From the human T2T-CHM13v2.0 reference genome, Homo sapiens: a stretch of DNA of 64,000 nucleotides. Where the stretch lies: assembly GCF_009914755.1 (NCBI RefSeq), contig NC_060929.1, one strand, 5' to 3'. Every line of letters begins with the position of its first letter. The first letter of the stretch is position 1. Below, piece after piece: positions 25,251-39,594 of this stretch. Below the pieces are notes generated by a model that ran no database searches, was not told the DNA's origin, and worked only from the letters and a program-made list of their open reading frames with translations. The position numbers were made by a program, and so were the translations under genes.

Positions 25251-26994
25251 AGTGCCCTGTGGTTGGTTAGGGATGACTACATTTGACTTCTTGGGGGTTC
25301 AATAAGATGGCCCTTAGCTGTGGGTCACCTTTCCAGCTGGCCCATCTATTCATTTCCAAATCTTCACACATCAGAACAGTTTTTGGAGAAACGGACAGGA
25401 AATAAACACTGAACCCTGGAGAGGATTCCATTTCTAAACCTTGCAGAGGCCAAGTACAGGTAAGGGAGATAAGACAGGTGGCTTGTCGCTGTTTCTTTCC
25501 TAATGCCAAGAGTTATGTGCCATGAAGTCCTCTGAACATTTACCCATCCTCATCCCACACAATGGGGTTGGGAGCAGGTGTTTTCCCTCGTGGCCTCTCT
25601 AAATGAGTCATTAACTTATTTCTCCAGGATGGATAATGGCAGGGGGATGGGAGGGTGGAGTAGAGAAGAAGGGGTAATTTTGTATATATTCTGTAAAAAG
25701 AAAGAGATTATTTCATTTGGGAGTGAATGTACTAATAGAATACAGGAGGACCTGATTGGGAAGCAGAAAATGAGAAGGGAGCAAGGCTTGGAGGGTGATA
25801 AGTAAAAGAGCATGCTCAAGCCAGAGAAGACAGCCTAGCTGGGTCTGGAAAGCACCAGTGATCTGGAGAGAATGGGACAGACACACTGCAGGAGCCTGGA
25901 TAAGGAAGCTGCATGCCCTGCAGGTGACGAGGTTGAGCAGGGGGCAGGAAGAAGTGGCCACTTTAGCATAAACCCCTGCCCTCTATTGTTCCCCCCAACA
26001 TATACACCAGAAGTGGCCAGACTCACAGGGGCATTTCAGATGCCTTGCTCCACACCCCAGCACTGCCTCAGTCACAGGTATAAGAACCAGGTAGCTGCAG
26101 AGAGTGGGTTCTTTAAACACAAAGGAGGTAATGGTAGAATTGAAGCAACAAAGTGGAAGCCCAAGCAGCAGCAGCAGGAGGAAAGCGCGTGTGAGATATC
26201 AGGGATGCCACTGCCTTATAAGACACTTGGGGAGGCTGGGAAGGAGAAGGAGGCTGCAGCACAGAATGACAACAAATGGCTCTTTGCTCCTAGGCTGGCC
26301 AACTTCAGTAGATACGGTCCTTAGCCCTGGGCAGCCAGGGCCCCTGGTCTGGGTGTCATCATTAGAGGAGACCCTGCTCTTCCCCTGCCCCTCCCCACAT
26401 GGCAAGGATTGCACAGGACCTTCTGGAATCTGTGCCCCCCTAGTCCTCCCACCTCCTAGATTATGCTTGGGTACGTGAGACCTTGGAATCTCTTGTCCAA
26501 ATGGCCCTGAGTCTATTTACAAGGAATCCATGGGTTCTTTCTTGAGTCTATCCTCCAGAGGGAATTCCATGCCACTGAGTCTGTCCACCCTTAAGTGGCT
26601 AAGGGTGGTCGTTTGCAGGAGCGATAGAGGGTGGAGGCAGGTGGGAGGCTATGGATGTGCTGACGCCAGCATGCACACAAGGACTCTACACTGCCTAGGT
26701 AGAGAGAGGAGTGGGGGAAGCAGTGAAGAGGGATGGGCTGTGGATCACATGCCTCCATTCATGTGCCAGACACCAGGCTAAGTGCTGTCCATACAGGAAG
26801 CAACGGAACCAAAGTGACTGGGTTCAAAGCCCAGCTCTGTCACTTAAGAATTGTGTGGTTTCAGATAAGTTATATCTTTCTGCCTCCATTTCTTTATCTA
26901 AAAAATGGAGAGTGGTAACAGCACCCACTCCCACAATTGCTGTGTTAACGTTAAAGCATTTAGAATAGTGGTAAAGACTCCATAAATGTCATGG

Positions 26995-27313
26995 TTTGTG
27001 TTTTGTGGTTTGTTCGTTTGTTTGTTTTGAGACCAGGACTCGCTTTGTCTCCCAGGGTGGAGTGCAGTGACAAAATCACAGCTCACTACAGCCTCGATCA
27101 CCCAGGCTCAAGCAATTCTCCCACTTCATCTTCCCCAATAGTTGGGACTACAGGCATGCACCACTATGCCCAGCTAATTTTTAAAATATTTTTTGTAGAG
27201 AGAGGGTCTCCCTATGTTTCCCAAGCTCGTCTCGAACTCCTGGCCTCAAGGTATCCCCCTGCCTCGGTCTCCTAAAGTGCTGGGATTACAGGTATAAGCC
27301 ACCATGCCTGAAC
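26995..27313 (-). mobile_element. AluJ
   Basis: Diverged full antisense Alu with a (TTTG)-type tail. Confidence 0.88.
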
Positions 27314-28115
27314 CAATGTTACATATTATTAATCATCACAACTCTCTGAGATAGCAATTCTTATCCCAAATGTATAGATGAGCAAGTGTGCCTTGGGGAG
27401 ATTACATAGTTTACTGCTGAGTGGCAAAGCCAGGATTTAAAACCAGCTGATTCCAAAACACGATTTTTATTAAACCATGCTGTCTCTCAAGGCTGCTGAA
27501 AACCTCATCATGGGGCAGTTGAAGGGGTGTGGTTAGAGAAAAACTGCTTAGCTTGGAGAAAAGAAGATCATAGGAGAAACAGGGGGCTGTTTTTTGGAAA
27601 GACTTTCACATCAAATCCAGAGGACGAAACAAGGGTGCAGACTAGAGAGAAATATTTTTACTGTGTCAATGAAATGAACTATTTTAAAGTGGTGAATTCT
27701 CCAGCATGAGATGTTTGAGTAGACTTGTCAGGGGTATCATAAAGTAATAGGAATTAATTATGAGCAAATTATGAATAAATTAATAGAGAATAAATCATTA
27801 GCAATATTTTGAATATTTGTGAATTTGATGAAATATATGATTCCCCAATATATATGGACCCCTGGCTAAAAAAAAAAAATCAAATCACTTCACAGAACAC
27901 ATCCAAGCATTGTATATGGAATTAGTCTGCTTCTGAGGTCTCAGCAAGATTTGTAATGCCCTGTGAAAAGCAGCTCCTGCCTCTTCCACCCTTGCACCGA
28001 GATGCTGCCACCCACACTTACCCCTTGCCACCGATGCATAGAGGCATAGTCCAGGCAAACGTTGCCTGAAATATGGGGACTGTTGTGCAGAGGATTGGTT
28101 TAAAGTGAGAGGTGG

Positions 28116-28455
<340 letters not shown>

Positions 28456-28561
28456 TCACAATAGTGGGCGTCCAATGGGCAGACCCTAAGATTCAGAGCT
28501 GCAGAAAATGTTAACTTCCTGCCATGTGCTTCACTGTCTCTGAGGTTAGGGTCATTGTCTC

Positions 28562-28567
28562 TTTATT
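28562..28567 (-). terminator. SLC45A2: SLC45A2 poly(A) signal AATAAA
   Basis: The minus strand reads TAG GTC AATAAA, so the signal is 3 nt after the stop codon. Confidence 0.7.
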
Positions 28568-28570
28568 GAC

Positions 28571-28843
<273 letters not shown>

Positions 28844-28849
28844 TTAGGG

Positions 28850-29210
28850 CACAGGTCAGCAAAATTTTTCTGTGACCAGCCAGATAGTAAATACCTTTGG
28901 CTTCGTGGATTATACAGCCCTGGTCATAACTACTCAACTCTGCTGCTGTAGTGCAAAAGCAGGGGCAATGTGGAGCTGAGTTGGCTTTCCAATATATATT
29001 GATGGACATTATTAGCATTTGATTTCATGTAATTTTCATGAATTGGTGATGTGGAACTGAACTGAATATTGATGGGTATTAGCATTTGATTTCATGTAAT
29101 TTTCACCTGTCACAAGATATTAACCTTCTTTTGAAAGTTTTTTTCAATCATTTAAACAATTAAAAGGAATTCTTAGCTCGCAGACTGTACAAAAACAAGT
29201 GGCGGGCCAT
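28850..29210. mobile_element. MER58-type DNA transposon relic with a small internal duplication
   Basis: caggtcagcaaaatttttctgtga...ccagatagtaaata...aactactcaactctgc. The segment tattagcatttgatttcatgtaattttca occurs twice. Confidence 0.65.
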
Positions 29211-31073
29211 AATCAATACAATGTAGTGGATACTTAATAAATATCCCATTCTTTTCCTTTCTTAGTGTTAAAAATTCAAAGATTTTAAGAAGGATGTTGA
29301 ATTGCTGATGTCCTTAAGAGAAGCAACTTTAAAAAGCATTTCAATCTTTCAAAATATGGTTGCTACTTGATTAATATAATAATGTTTGGTTAATACTTGA
29401 TATTTCTTCCGAACTGGCTGATAACTTTGTCATTTGTTGGGTATCGCTTATGTGCTGGGCCTGGGTTTTTTTTTTACCTGTTACTGTATTTCAACCTCAC
29501 CACCTCCCTGGATGCACATGTTATTATCATTACCCCCATGGTAACAATTATAATACTAGCTATCACATTTTGAGTCTTTGTCGGGTGCTAGGGGGCACTA
29601 TGCTAAGCACATCCACTAATTTGTTTGCTTTTCTATAAGGTAAATAACATTCTTTCCATTTGCCTCATGAGGAAACTGAGGGCCTGCGAGCTTAAATGAT
29701 GATTTCCTACACTATTAGGCAAAAAAAAAGCATTATGCTGAAAAACGCATATTATCCTTTGAATAAGAAAGGAAAATAAGAAAACAGATTTACATTTGCT
29801 TGGTTTTTATTTAAAAATGCCGGAAAGATTAACAAAAAACTAGTAAGAGTGGTAACACGTTGGGGCTGGAGGGAGATAGTAAATGGTAAAGGGAGCACAC
29901 AGTGTGCACTTTTGTGTATCATTGTGAATATATTATCTCACCTAAAAATGAACTCATTCTAAGTGCTAACTAATAAACAAGTAAATAACATCCCCAGTGT
30001 AACACAGCTTCCAAGTGAGAGAGGCAGGATTTGAATCCAGGTTTCTCTGAGCCTGAAGCGTAGGTTTTCTTCCCCCAACACCATGTAACACTCTCCTTGT
30101 AGGGACAGTTTTTTATGATGACTCTCCCATTAGCAGCAACATCCCACCTTGGTGACAATGTTTGCCAGGGGATGAGGAAAGCCACACCTCTTTTTTGAAA
30201 GGTTTTTACTCCTGGTGCACCTCTGCCCTGCTGCCAGATCAAATGATGAAAAACATGGCCAGAATTATAGTCTGATGGTTATATGTTCAGTGTTTTTGCA
30301 GTTTCATGCTGAGCTGGATTAAACTTGGAGTTATCTCTGTAGCTTTTATATCATTGCTCCAGTTAAGGAACTGTAAGCCTATTTTCACGGGAAGAAAGTT
30401 GCAAATTTTGATAAGAAGAGGTGGTAATTTTAGAGTGGAAACACCAACTCTGTTATAAGCACTGCATAGGCGCTTGTTCACTAGTTGCGTTCCAAGGTTT
30501 AAATGGCACAGGTCCCGCTCAGGGCAGCAAAGTGGGGATTACCACCCATGATTCCAGCTTTCCTTCTCACACATGGGGTCTGACTTACTAAAATCTGGAC
30601 TCCATTGCCTAGGACTTTCCTACCCTCAGCAAATAATGCCAAGAAATTCCACTATGTACCTCTGAAAGTTGGGGATAGGGAGACCCTTATTGTCGGTATC
30701 TAGAAATGCTGCAGGTGGCACCAGGGAGACCTATGAGGTGGTTACAGAAGACCTGGGTCCCCCTTTTTTTGTCTTTGTGTAATTGTGGGCTGGTTTCTCA
30801 GCCTCACCAAGCCTTTTTCTAATTAGAAAAATGGGAGTAACACTTCTTGCCCTACAGCTCCCTAAGTGAGCAGGAGTTGAGAATAAGGAGGACAGGACAG
30901 CTGGGCTGGGCTGGGCTGGTGAGCATGCCTGTACCAGATCATGGTTGCAGTTGGTTGGGCATTTGACTGTTGCTGTTTCAAGAACCCTTATTTTCCAGCT
31001 CTGCTCTACACATTGCTACCAAATCCTCCCCAGCCTTCAGATGAGTCTGGATGTTACCCAAGGCAGAGGTTCA

Positions 31074-31643
<570 letters not shown>

Positions 31644-33828
31644 TTATTCTAAATCAGATGGGCTGTGGCCCCATAGGACGAAAATAATAACACAGGCCTA
31701 TCTTGGCCCTACAACCCAAAGTCAGGTTGGGGAAAATTGAAACAACCAAAATTTACAGAATGATCTAAGTCATTCATGATTTCTTAGCCCCCATCTGAAT
31801 GGAGTCTGCACACCTGAGAAGGAGGTAAAAGATGTACAATTATCTGAAGACACCTTCCCTGACTTGCCAATCCTTCCCAGACTGGTAAGGGGCTCCCACA
31901 GCACCCAGCATCTCCTCATCGCTGGCTCCCTAACTCTTGGTAAACAAGTTCCTTGACTTCTCAAAACCCCAGCTTCCTCATCTGAAAACTGGGAATAATA
32001 AAACCATCTTTTGGAGTTGTTGCCAGGATCAAGTGAGATGAAGTGTCTATGAAATCACCCAGCTTAATGCCTAGCATGTAGAAAACATCCAATTAAGCAA
32101 CAAGACAGGCTGAGCTGGAGACAGTTGACTTTTAACTGGGTTCCTCTTCTAGCAGGTCAACTTGGCTTGCTTATATCAGTATAGTGGCAGAACTAATTTT
32201 TAAAAATGAAAAATTCTGCTTTAAAACATTTTACAAGGTTTTCTACAATGGCAAGGAAAATCTCTAAATTGTTTTTATCTTCTTCCCTCAGTCGTTTTTA
32301 ATCCACACATTCCTCATCTCTTCCCTGCCCCATTCTCCTGGAACACAAGAATCAGAGGATAAATAACAGATACTTGAAACGTGACTATTAAGAATGACAT
32401 TTTCCACATCTATTCATATAATTATTGGACTTACACCTTGTAGACAAGCAACCTTATTTGCAGTACATTTGAATCAATTATGAAACTAAACACTCTCACA
32501 CTGATGGAAGACAAAGATCTGGAAATGACAAGTAGGCAACATTGCTTCCTCTATTAAACTTATACCATGACTGGAGGACTGTTGTTAAGGTTGAGAATAC
32601 AAAAATGAGAATAAAGCTAGAACAGTTTCTGCTTGCTTAATAATTATATTTATACAGAAAATGTAATCTAAGGTGTCTCAATACCTAAAAGATACCATCA
32701 ATACCCATTAGGGAAATGCTCTTATCCAAGTGTGTATGCCAGCAGAGGAGAAGGCAAAGTAGGGCAAAGAGGTATTTGGAAACATAAGTAACTTCAGTAC
32801 AGAGACTGAAAGTCTGGCAAAGAATACTTTATTCACAAAGATAATTCAGTGAACTTCAGGGCCAAGCTTGAATTGCCCTCTGATGGGTCTGATACCCAGT
32901 GGTAGTCATATCCTCACACAATGCCTCTCTTCAGGACTGAGGGGAAATTATAGATTTAAGCACCAGTTATGACTAGTAGTGTATGATATTATGGTATGAA
33001 CAATAGGCCATATCTTAGTACTCAGTGTTGTTGTTCTAATTGGTATACCTGTACCTGCTGTATACAAAAGGAGCTTAGAAACAAGTCCCTATCAGCACTC
33101 TCCACCTCAGCAGCCAGATTGTCCTGCCAACCTCCATGTGGATAGAAACTCTGAATCTGCTCCTGATGTTATGTGATGAATCCAAAATAGAGGGTAATAT
33201 AGTGAGCTCTGGAAGGAAAGGAAAGGATTGATTCTGCCCAGAGTGGGTTGAGGTGCAGGGGGAAGAAAACTTGAATGATTTCACTGAGGAAGTAATATTT
33301 AAGCTGGGTCTAAAAATATTATTAGAAGTTGTCCAGTTGGGGAAGTAGAAAGAGCAGTTCAGGCAGAAGAAACTAAAAGCAGTGGCAAATACCCAGAAAT
33401 GAGAAAGTCTGCATAGTGGGTCATTGAGGGTGGTTAATTGATATGGGAGTGAAAAAGGGCAAAGTATGAACTAGGCCAAACTGTGAAAAGCTCAGGAATT
33501 TGACTTTATCCTATGGGCATGGGGAATCCCTAAAATCCTTGAGCAGAGCTGGCTGGTATTTTATAAATAAAATGTTGATTTGAATTAACAATGGTAGGGA
33601 TCCCATAGATTTATACATTAATAAAACTTTGGAAAACTATTCAACTAATAATTTCTTTTGTAACTAGAAACGCTTTTAACTAGAAGGGACCTAAAAATAA
33701 TATGCTTTAAAGTTTCAAATGCCATAAAATTTATGCGGACAAGACTAATGGAATGTTATCTAGTAGGAGTTCCCTGAGGAAAAATAAGTTTAGATTGACA
33801 CTTTTCTTTCTGACAAAGATGAAGGTAG

Positions 33829-34137
33829 GGCTGGATGTAGTGCCTCATGCCTGTAATCCCAGCACTGTGGGAGGCTGAGACAGGAGGATCACTTGAGCCC
33901 AGGAGATCGAGACCAGCCTGGGCAATGTAGGGAGACCCCATCTCTAAAAAAAAAATTTTTTTTAAATTAATAAGCCAGGCACAGTGGCATGTGCTTGTGG
34001 TCCCGGGTACTCAGAGGGCTGGGACTTGCTTGAGCCCAGAAGGTTGAGGCTGCAGTGAGCCATGATCATGCCACTGCACTCCAGCTCAGGTGGCAGAGTG
34101 AGACTTTGTCTTAAAAAAAGAAGAAAAACAAAAAAAA
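33829..34137 (+). mobile_element. AluJ
   Basis: J diagnostics (cacttgagcccaggag, gaggctgcagtgagccatgat). Imperfect TSD aaagatgaaggtag / aaagcatgagggtag. Confidence 0.9.
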
Positions 34138-35414
34138 GCATGAGGGTAGTGGTAAATAGTCCCCTCAGCCCTTGAAATCATGAAGGACTTAAGCTGGATA
34201 ATTTACTAGACCCTTTTAGTCTAACATTCTTTTATTCTATTTTAAGTGCTTGAAATCTTCCTCCTGGAATTTTTCTTAGTTTGCACACTCGAAGAGGAAG
34301 AAAAGAGTTTGCTAAATAAATGTGATCTTTAAGCACTACTCTTTGAGTATCATAAATTTTAAAATAATGAATGTTGTTGTTACGTGATTATTGGGCTCAT
34401 CAACTTGCATGTTTATATGAGGTCCCATTTTCCCAATTGGGCTAAATTTTTAAGAGGTCTTGAGGCAGGTTTCCTGCTGTGCTATGGCTAGGTAAAGGGA
34501 AGGGGAAGGGGCCCTCACATACATCCACACTTTCCCTTCACAAGAAGCAGGCTGACAGTGACAGAGTGAGTCCTCCTGAGAATGGTAACAGGGATTCTCC
34601 CCATCTCTTCCCACTTCCTTCACCTGGGCCATATCCCTGCTGTCCCCTGGACCTGTCCAAAGCCCAGAGCCCTGAATTGGGGGTCAGTTATTCTTACAAT
34701 CTTGCAGAAGAAGAGCTCTTTATAGGAGCTCTTTATAATTAGGAGAACTGCATACATTTTTCAGGCCAGACGTTTCACTTAACTCAATGTATACAGAGCT
34801 TGGAGATATCCATACACAGTCGCAAGTACAATGCAGCCTGTGCAATGCCCTGGAGTTATAGCACAGCCACCTGGACTTACATAAAGACAATAGCAGAAAT
34901 CCCTTTGTTCAGTGTCTTCACAGCTGCAACTTATGTAAGTGGAGGTTAAGAGGCTCAGAAAAGCTGGCACCTGGGAAGGAAAGCCAGCTGTCCCCAATCC
35001 TGGTGTGGTGCTCCTATAACCCACCCAGTTACACATCTGAGCTAAGGTCATTTTGCATGCTGACTTTGTCACCTGTCATATTAATATTGCTTCTCTTCTG
35101 TATCATCTACAAATCTGATAAGCCTATCTATGAAATGCTACCAATGATCTTGCTCCAGTAGAACACGAACCTGCTGGGACTCATCCATCCAACACTTCAT
35201 CTTGTAAAGATTCCCTTTCATTTTCCAGAGAAACTTGATCAGGAACCCACTGATTCCAAGAGCAAAGTAATCAGTGAGGAAATGACACCTAGAATTCATG
35301 ATGAAAAAAGGATGCTTTATATGGTCCTTTTTAAGGTGATAGTTTTTCCTGACGTCCATAGATTTATTAAGAATCTGGTATTTTAAACAGTAGGAAATAC
35401 ACATAGAAATATCA

Positions 35415-35714
<300 letters not shown>

Positions 35715-36049
35715 CTAGAGTACAGAGCTGATGCTGTCATGACCAAGTCGCATCCTATCACATCTTCATTCAAGGACCTATCAGAAATCTAATGCTTGCT
35801 GCATCAGATCTCAACAACACTCTCTTGGATCCTTAACATTCCTCCTTCCATCTCACAGCTGGCCCCACCTGACTTAGGCAATCCCACCACTCATCTTCTG
35901 CTACAGCCAATCGGCTTCTGACTTATCTCCACATGGGCCATTCCTGTTCCTGCTTGGAATGTTTTCTCCCTCTCTAATATTCCTCTAACTCCTACTCACC
36001 CTTCAAGGCCCAGACCATACTGCACCTCCTTTTTTATGTGTATTTATTA

Positions 36050-36213
36050 TCATATTTTATTTTTTAAGAGACAGGGTCTTGGTCTGTCACTCAGAATGGA
36101 GTACAGCGGCACAGTCATAGGTCACCGCATCCTTGAACCCCTGGCCTCAAATGATTGCTCCACCTTGGCCTCGAAAGCACTGAGATTACAGGCATCATCC
36201 ACCATGCCCGGCC
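36050..36213 (-). mobile_element. Alu monomer (FLAM/FAM or rearranged AluJ)
   Basis: agagacagggtcttgg...gattacaggcat...ccatgcccggcc, about 150 bp. Confidence 0.7.
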
Positions 36214-36288
36214 TGAACCCCACCCCTCCTTTTTGAAGCCTGCCATGATTGCTACAGCTCACATCAATTGGCCCTATTTGTTGTATTT

Positions 36289-38056
36289 TTTTTTTTTGTA
36301 GTTTCAGCATTTTATTTCTTATTTTGATTCAAGATGTGAGAGGTATTACAAACACTCAATTATGAGTGATGCATTTATGTGTCCTATTCTTCCATCTGTA
36401 GATAAGTGAAAAGTCATTTAAGAAATTAGAGGTCTCTGTAGTAAATCCAAGTCACAGTAAAGCAAACAAAAATGCATATGTGTGTGATATAATGTGGAAC
36501 TTTACCCCCTTGGAAGACTTTGCAGGCTGTAAGAATTTCATTTTTAATGTATTTCATACAGGCCGGAGCTAACAAGTTAATTTCTATTGAGCAAAAGTTT
36601 TTTTTTTTTTTTAATTTTTTTTTTTTACTATACTCTAAGTTTTAGGGTACATGTGCACATTGTGCAGGTTAGTTACATATGTATACATGTGCCATGCTGG
36701 TGCGCTGCACCCACTAACATGTCATCTAGCATTAGGTATATCTCCCAATGCTATCCCTCCCCCCTCCCCCGACCCCACCACAGTCCCCAGAGTGTGATAT
36801 TCCCCTTCCTGTGTCCATGTGATCTCATTGTTCAATTCCCACCTATGAGTGAGAATATGCGGTGTTTGGTTTTTTGTTCTTGCGATAGTTTACTGAGAAT
36901 GATGGTTTCCAATTTCATCCATGTCCCTACAAAGGACATGAACTCATCATTTTTTATGGCTGCATAGTATTCCATGGTGTATATGTGCCACATTTTCTTA
37001 ATCCAGTCTATCATTGTTGGACATTTGGGTTGGTTCCAAGTCTTTGCTATTGTGAATAGTGCCGCAGTAAACATACGTGTGCATGTGTCTTTATAGACAG
37101 CATGATTTATAGTCATTTGGGTATATACCCAGTAATGGGATGGCTGGGTCAAATGGTATTTCTAGTTCTAGATCCCTGAGGAATCGCCACACTGACTTCC
37201 ACAATGGTTGAACTAGTTTACAGTCCCACCAACAGTGTAAAAGTGTTCCTATTTCTCCACATCCTCTCCAGCACCTGTTGTTTCCTGACTTTTTAATGAT
37301 TGCCATTCTAACTGGTGTGAGATGATATCTCATAGTGGTTTTGATTTGCATTTCTCTGATGGCCAGTGATGATGAGCATTTCTTCATGTGTTTTTTGGCT
37401 GCATAAATGTCTTCTTTTGAGAAGTGTCTGTTCAGATTTTGTCACCACCAGGCCTGCCCTAAAAGAGCTCCTGAAGGAAGCGCTAAACATGGAAAGGAAC
37501 AACCGGTACCAGCCGCTGCAAAATCATGCCAAAATGTAAAGACCATCGAGACTAGGAAGAAACTGCATCAACTAATGAGCAAAATCACCAGCTAACATCA
37601 TAATGACAGGATCAAATTCACACATAACAATATTAACTTTAAATATAAATGGACTAAATTCTGCAATTAAAAGACACAGACTGGCAAGTTGGATAAAGAG
37701 TCAAGACCCATCAGTGTGCTGTATTCAGGAAACCCATCTCACGTGCAGAGACACACATAGGCTCAAAATAAAAGGATGGAGGAAGATCTACCAAGCCAAT
37801 GGAAAACAAAAAAAGGCAGGGGTTGCAATCCTAGTCTCTGATAAAACAGACTTTAAACCAACAAAGATCAAAAGAGACAAAGAAGGCCATTACATAATGG
37901 TAAAGGGATCAATTCAACAAGAGGAGCTAACTATCCTAAATATTTATGCACCCAATACAGGAGCACCCAGATTCATAAAGCAAGTCCTGAGTGACCTACA
38001 AAGAGACTTAGACTCCCACACATTAATAATGGGAGACTTTAACACCCCACTGTCAA
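36289..38056 (-). mobile_element. Young L1HS (pre-Ta-like) insertion: second poly(A) 36289-36297, 3'-transduced DNA 36298-36597, L1 poly(A) 36598-36626, L1 3' end 36627-37434 (-), inverted ORF1-end/ORF2-start 37435-38056 (+)
   Basis: Perfect 15-bp TSD ctatttgttgtattt at 36274-36288 and 38057-38071. The ORF at 37603 matches the L1HS ORF2 start (MTGSNSHITILTLNINGLNSAIKRHRLASW). The 3'UTR has CTTAGAGTA (G diagnostic, 36635) and ATG at the ACA/ACG/GAG site (36718-36720). Confidence 0.93.
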
Positions 38057-38230
38057 CTATTTGTTGTATTTGATTAAATACTGGCAGGCTCCGTAGTGTC
38101 CTCTAGTTGTCCAGGGTATAGTAGCATTTTTCTACACCTGTCTGTAAGTCAGCTTCTTGATGGTACCCTTTCCTACATTCTTACTGTGCCAATCTTAGAG
38201 GATAGCCCAGAAGAACCTCAACAGGTGTTA

Positions 38231-38470
<240 letters not shown>

Positions 38471-38811
38471 TCAGCCAGCTAAGGGAGCCAGAACACACAG
38501 ACATGTTATGTATTTGTCAGTCAGCCATCACACAAAGTGTCACTTTTCCTGGACATGGAACTAGGTTTCCATGGAGTAGACTCACAGGAGGTATTCTGTT
38601 AAGCACGAGTGGCTGCTTGGCAGTTTCAGGCCCAGAATGAGGCTTTGGACACAAGGGCAAAGGGAATGAGAATGGTGCTAGCTTCAGGCCAAGGTATAGG
38701 AGACATTGAGCATCCTATGTCTGAATGACAGAACTGTTGCACAAGGACAAAGCTCACAGACATAAGCCAGCTCTTAGATGATTATAATTCTTGGGTCTCT
38801 TAACTGTGAGA

Positions 38812-39420
38812 GCATAGTAGGCAAATCCAAGATGTCTGTCATGATCTTGGTCCCCTGATGTCATCCCTGTGATTATGTGCTGTTACATGGCAAAGGGATT
38901 TTGCAGATATATTAATAATTAAGGTTATTAATCGCTCACTTTGAGTTAATTGAAAGGGAGATTACCTGGTTGATCCTAACCAAATTCCATGAGCCCTTGA
39001 AAAGTACAGAATTTTCTCCAGCTGGTAGTAGAAGGGAAAGTCAGAGCAACTCAAAGCACAAGAAATGCCTGCTTTGAAGGTGGAGGAAGCCACTTGAAAG
39101 GACCTGAGAGTGACATTTAGGGGCTGAGAGCAACTCCAGGCAAACAGTCCACAAGAAAGCAGGGACCTCAATCCTATAACCACATGGAACTGCATTCTGC
39201 CAACATCCTGAATGTGCTTTGAGGCGGGCTCTTCCCACTGAGCTTCCAGATGAGAATACAGCTCTGCTAACACTTTGACTTCAACCTTGTAAGACCCTGT
39301 GCAGAAAACCTAGTGCAGCTTACCCAGGCTTCTGATCTACAGAACTGTGAGATAATAAACTGATGTTGTTTTAAGCAGCTAAGTTTGTGAAAATTTTTTA
39401 TTCATTAGAACATTAATACA
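38812..39420 (+). mobile_element. MLT1 (MaLR) solo LTR (MLT1E-like)
   Basis: tgttacatggcaaagggattttgcagat...agaactgtgagataataaac...taataca. Confidence 0.75.
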
Positions 39421-39563
39421 GAGAGCCAGTCAGCTCCCTGTTCTTAGCCAGATGTCTCCTCCCAGGTTATATCTCTGAATCCTAATGACAGCAGAAACAT
39501 GTTAATGAGCCTTACATTGAGTTAGAAGTAAGAACAATGTAGAACTCAAATATATATGTTTAT

Positions 39564-39594
<31 letters not shown>

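Noticed and set aside
37603-38073. 156-aa intact-looking L1 ORF2 endonuclease ORF
   Set aside because: Truncated before the domain is complete, has no promoter, and is antisense to SLC45A2. It is part of the inversion, not a gene.
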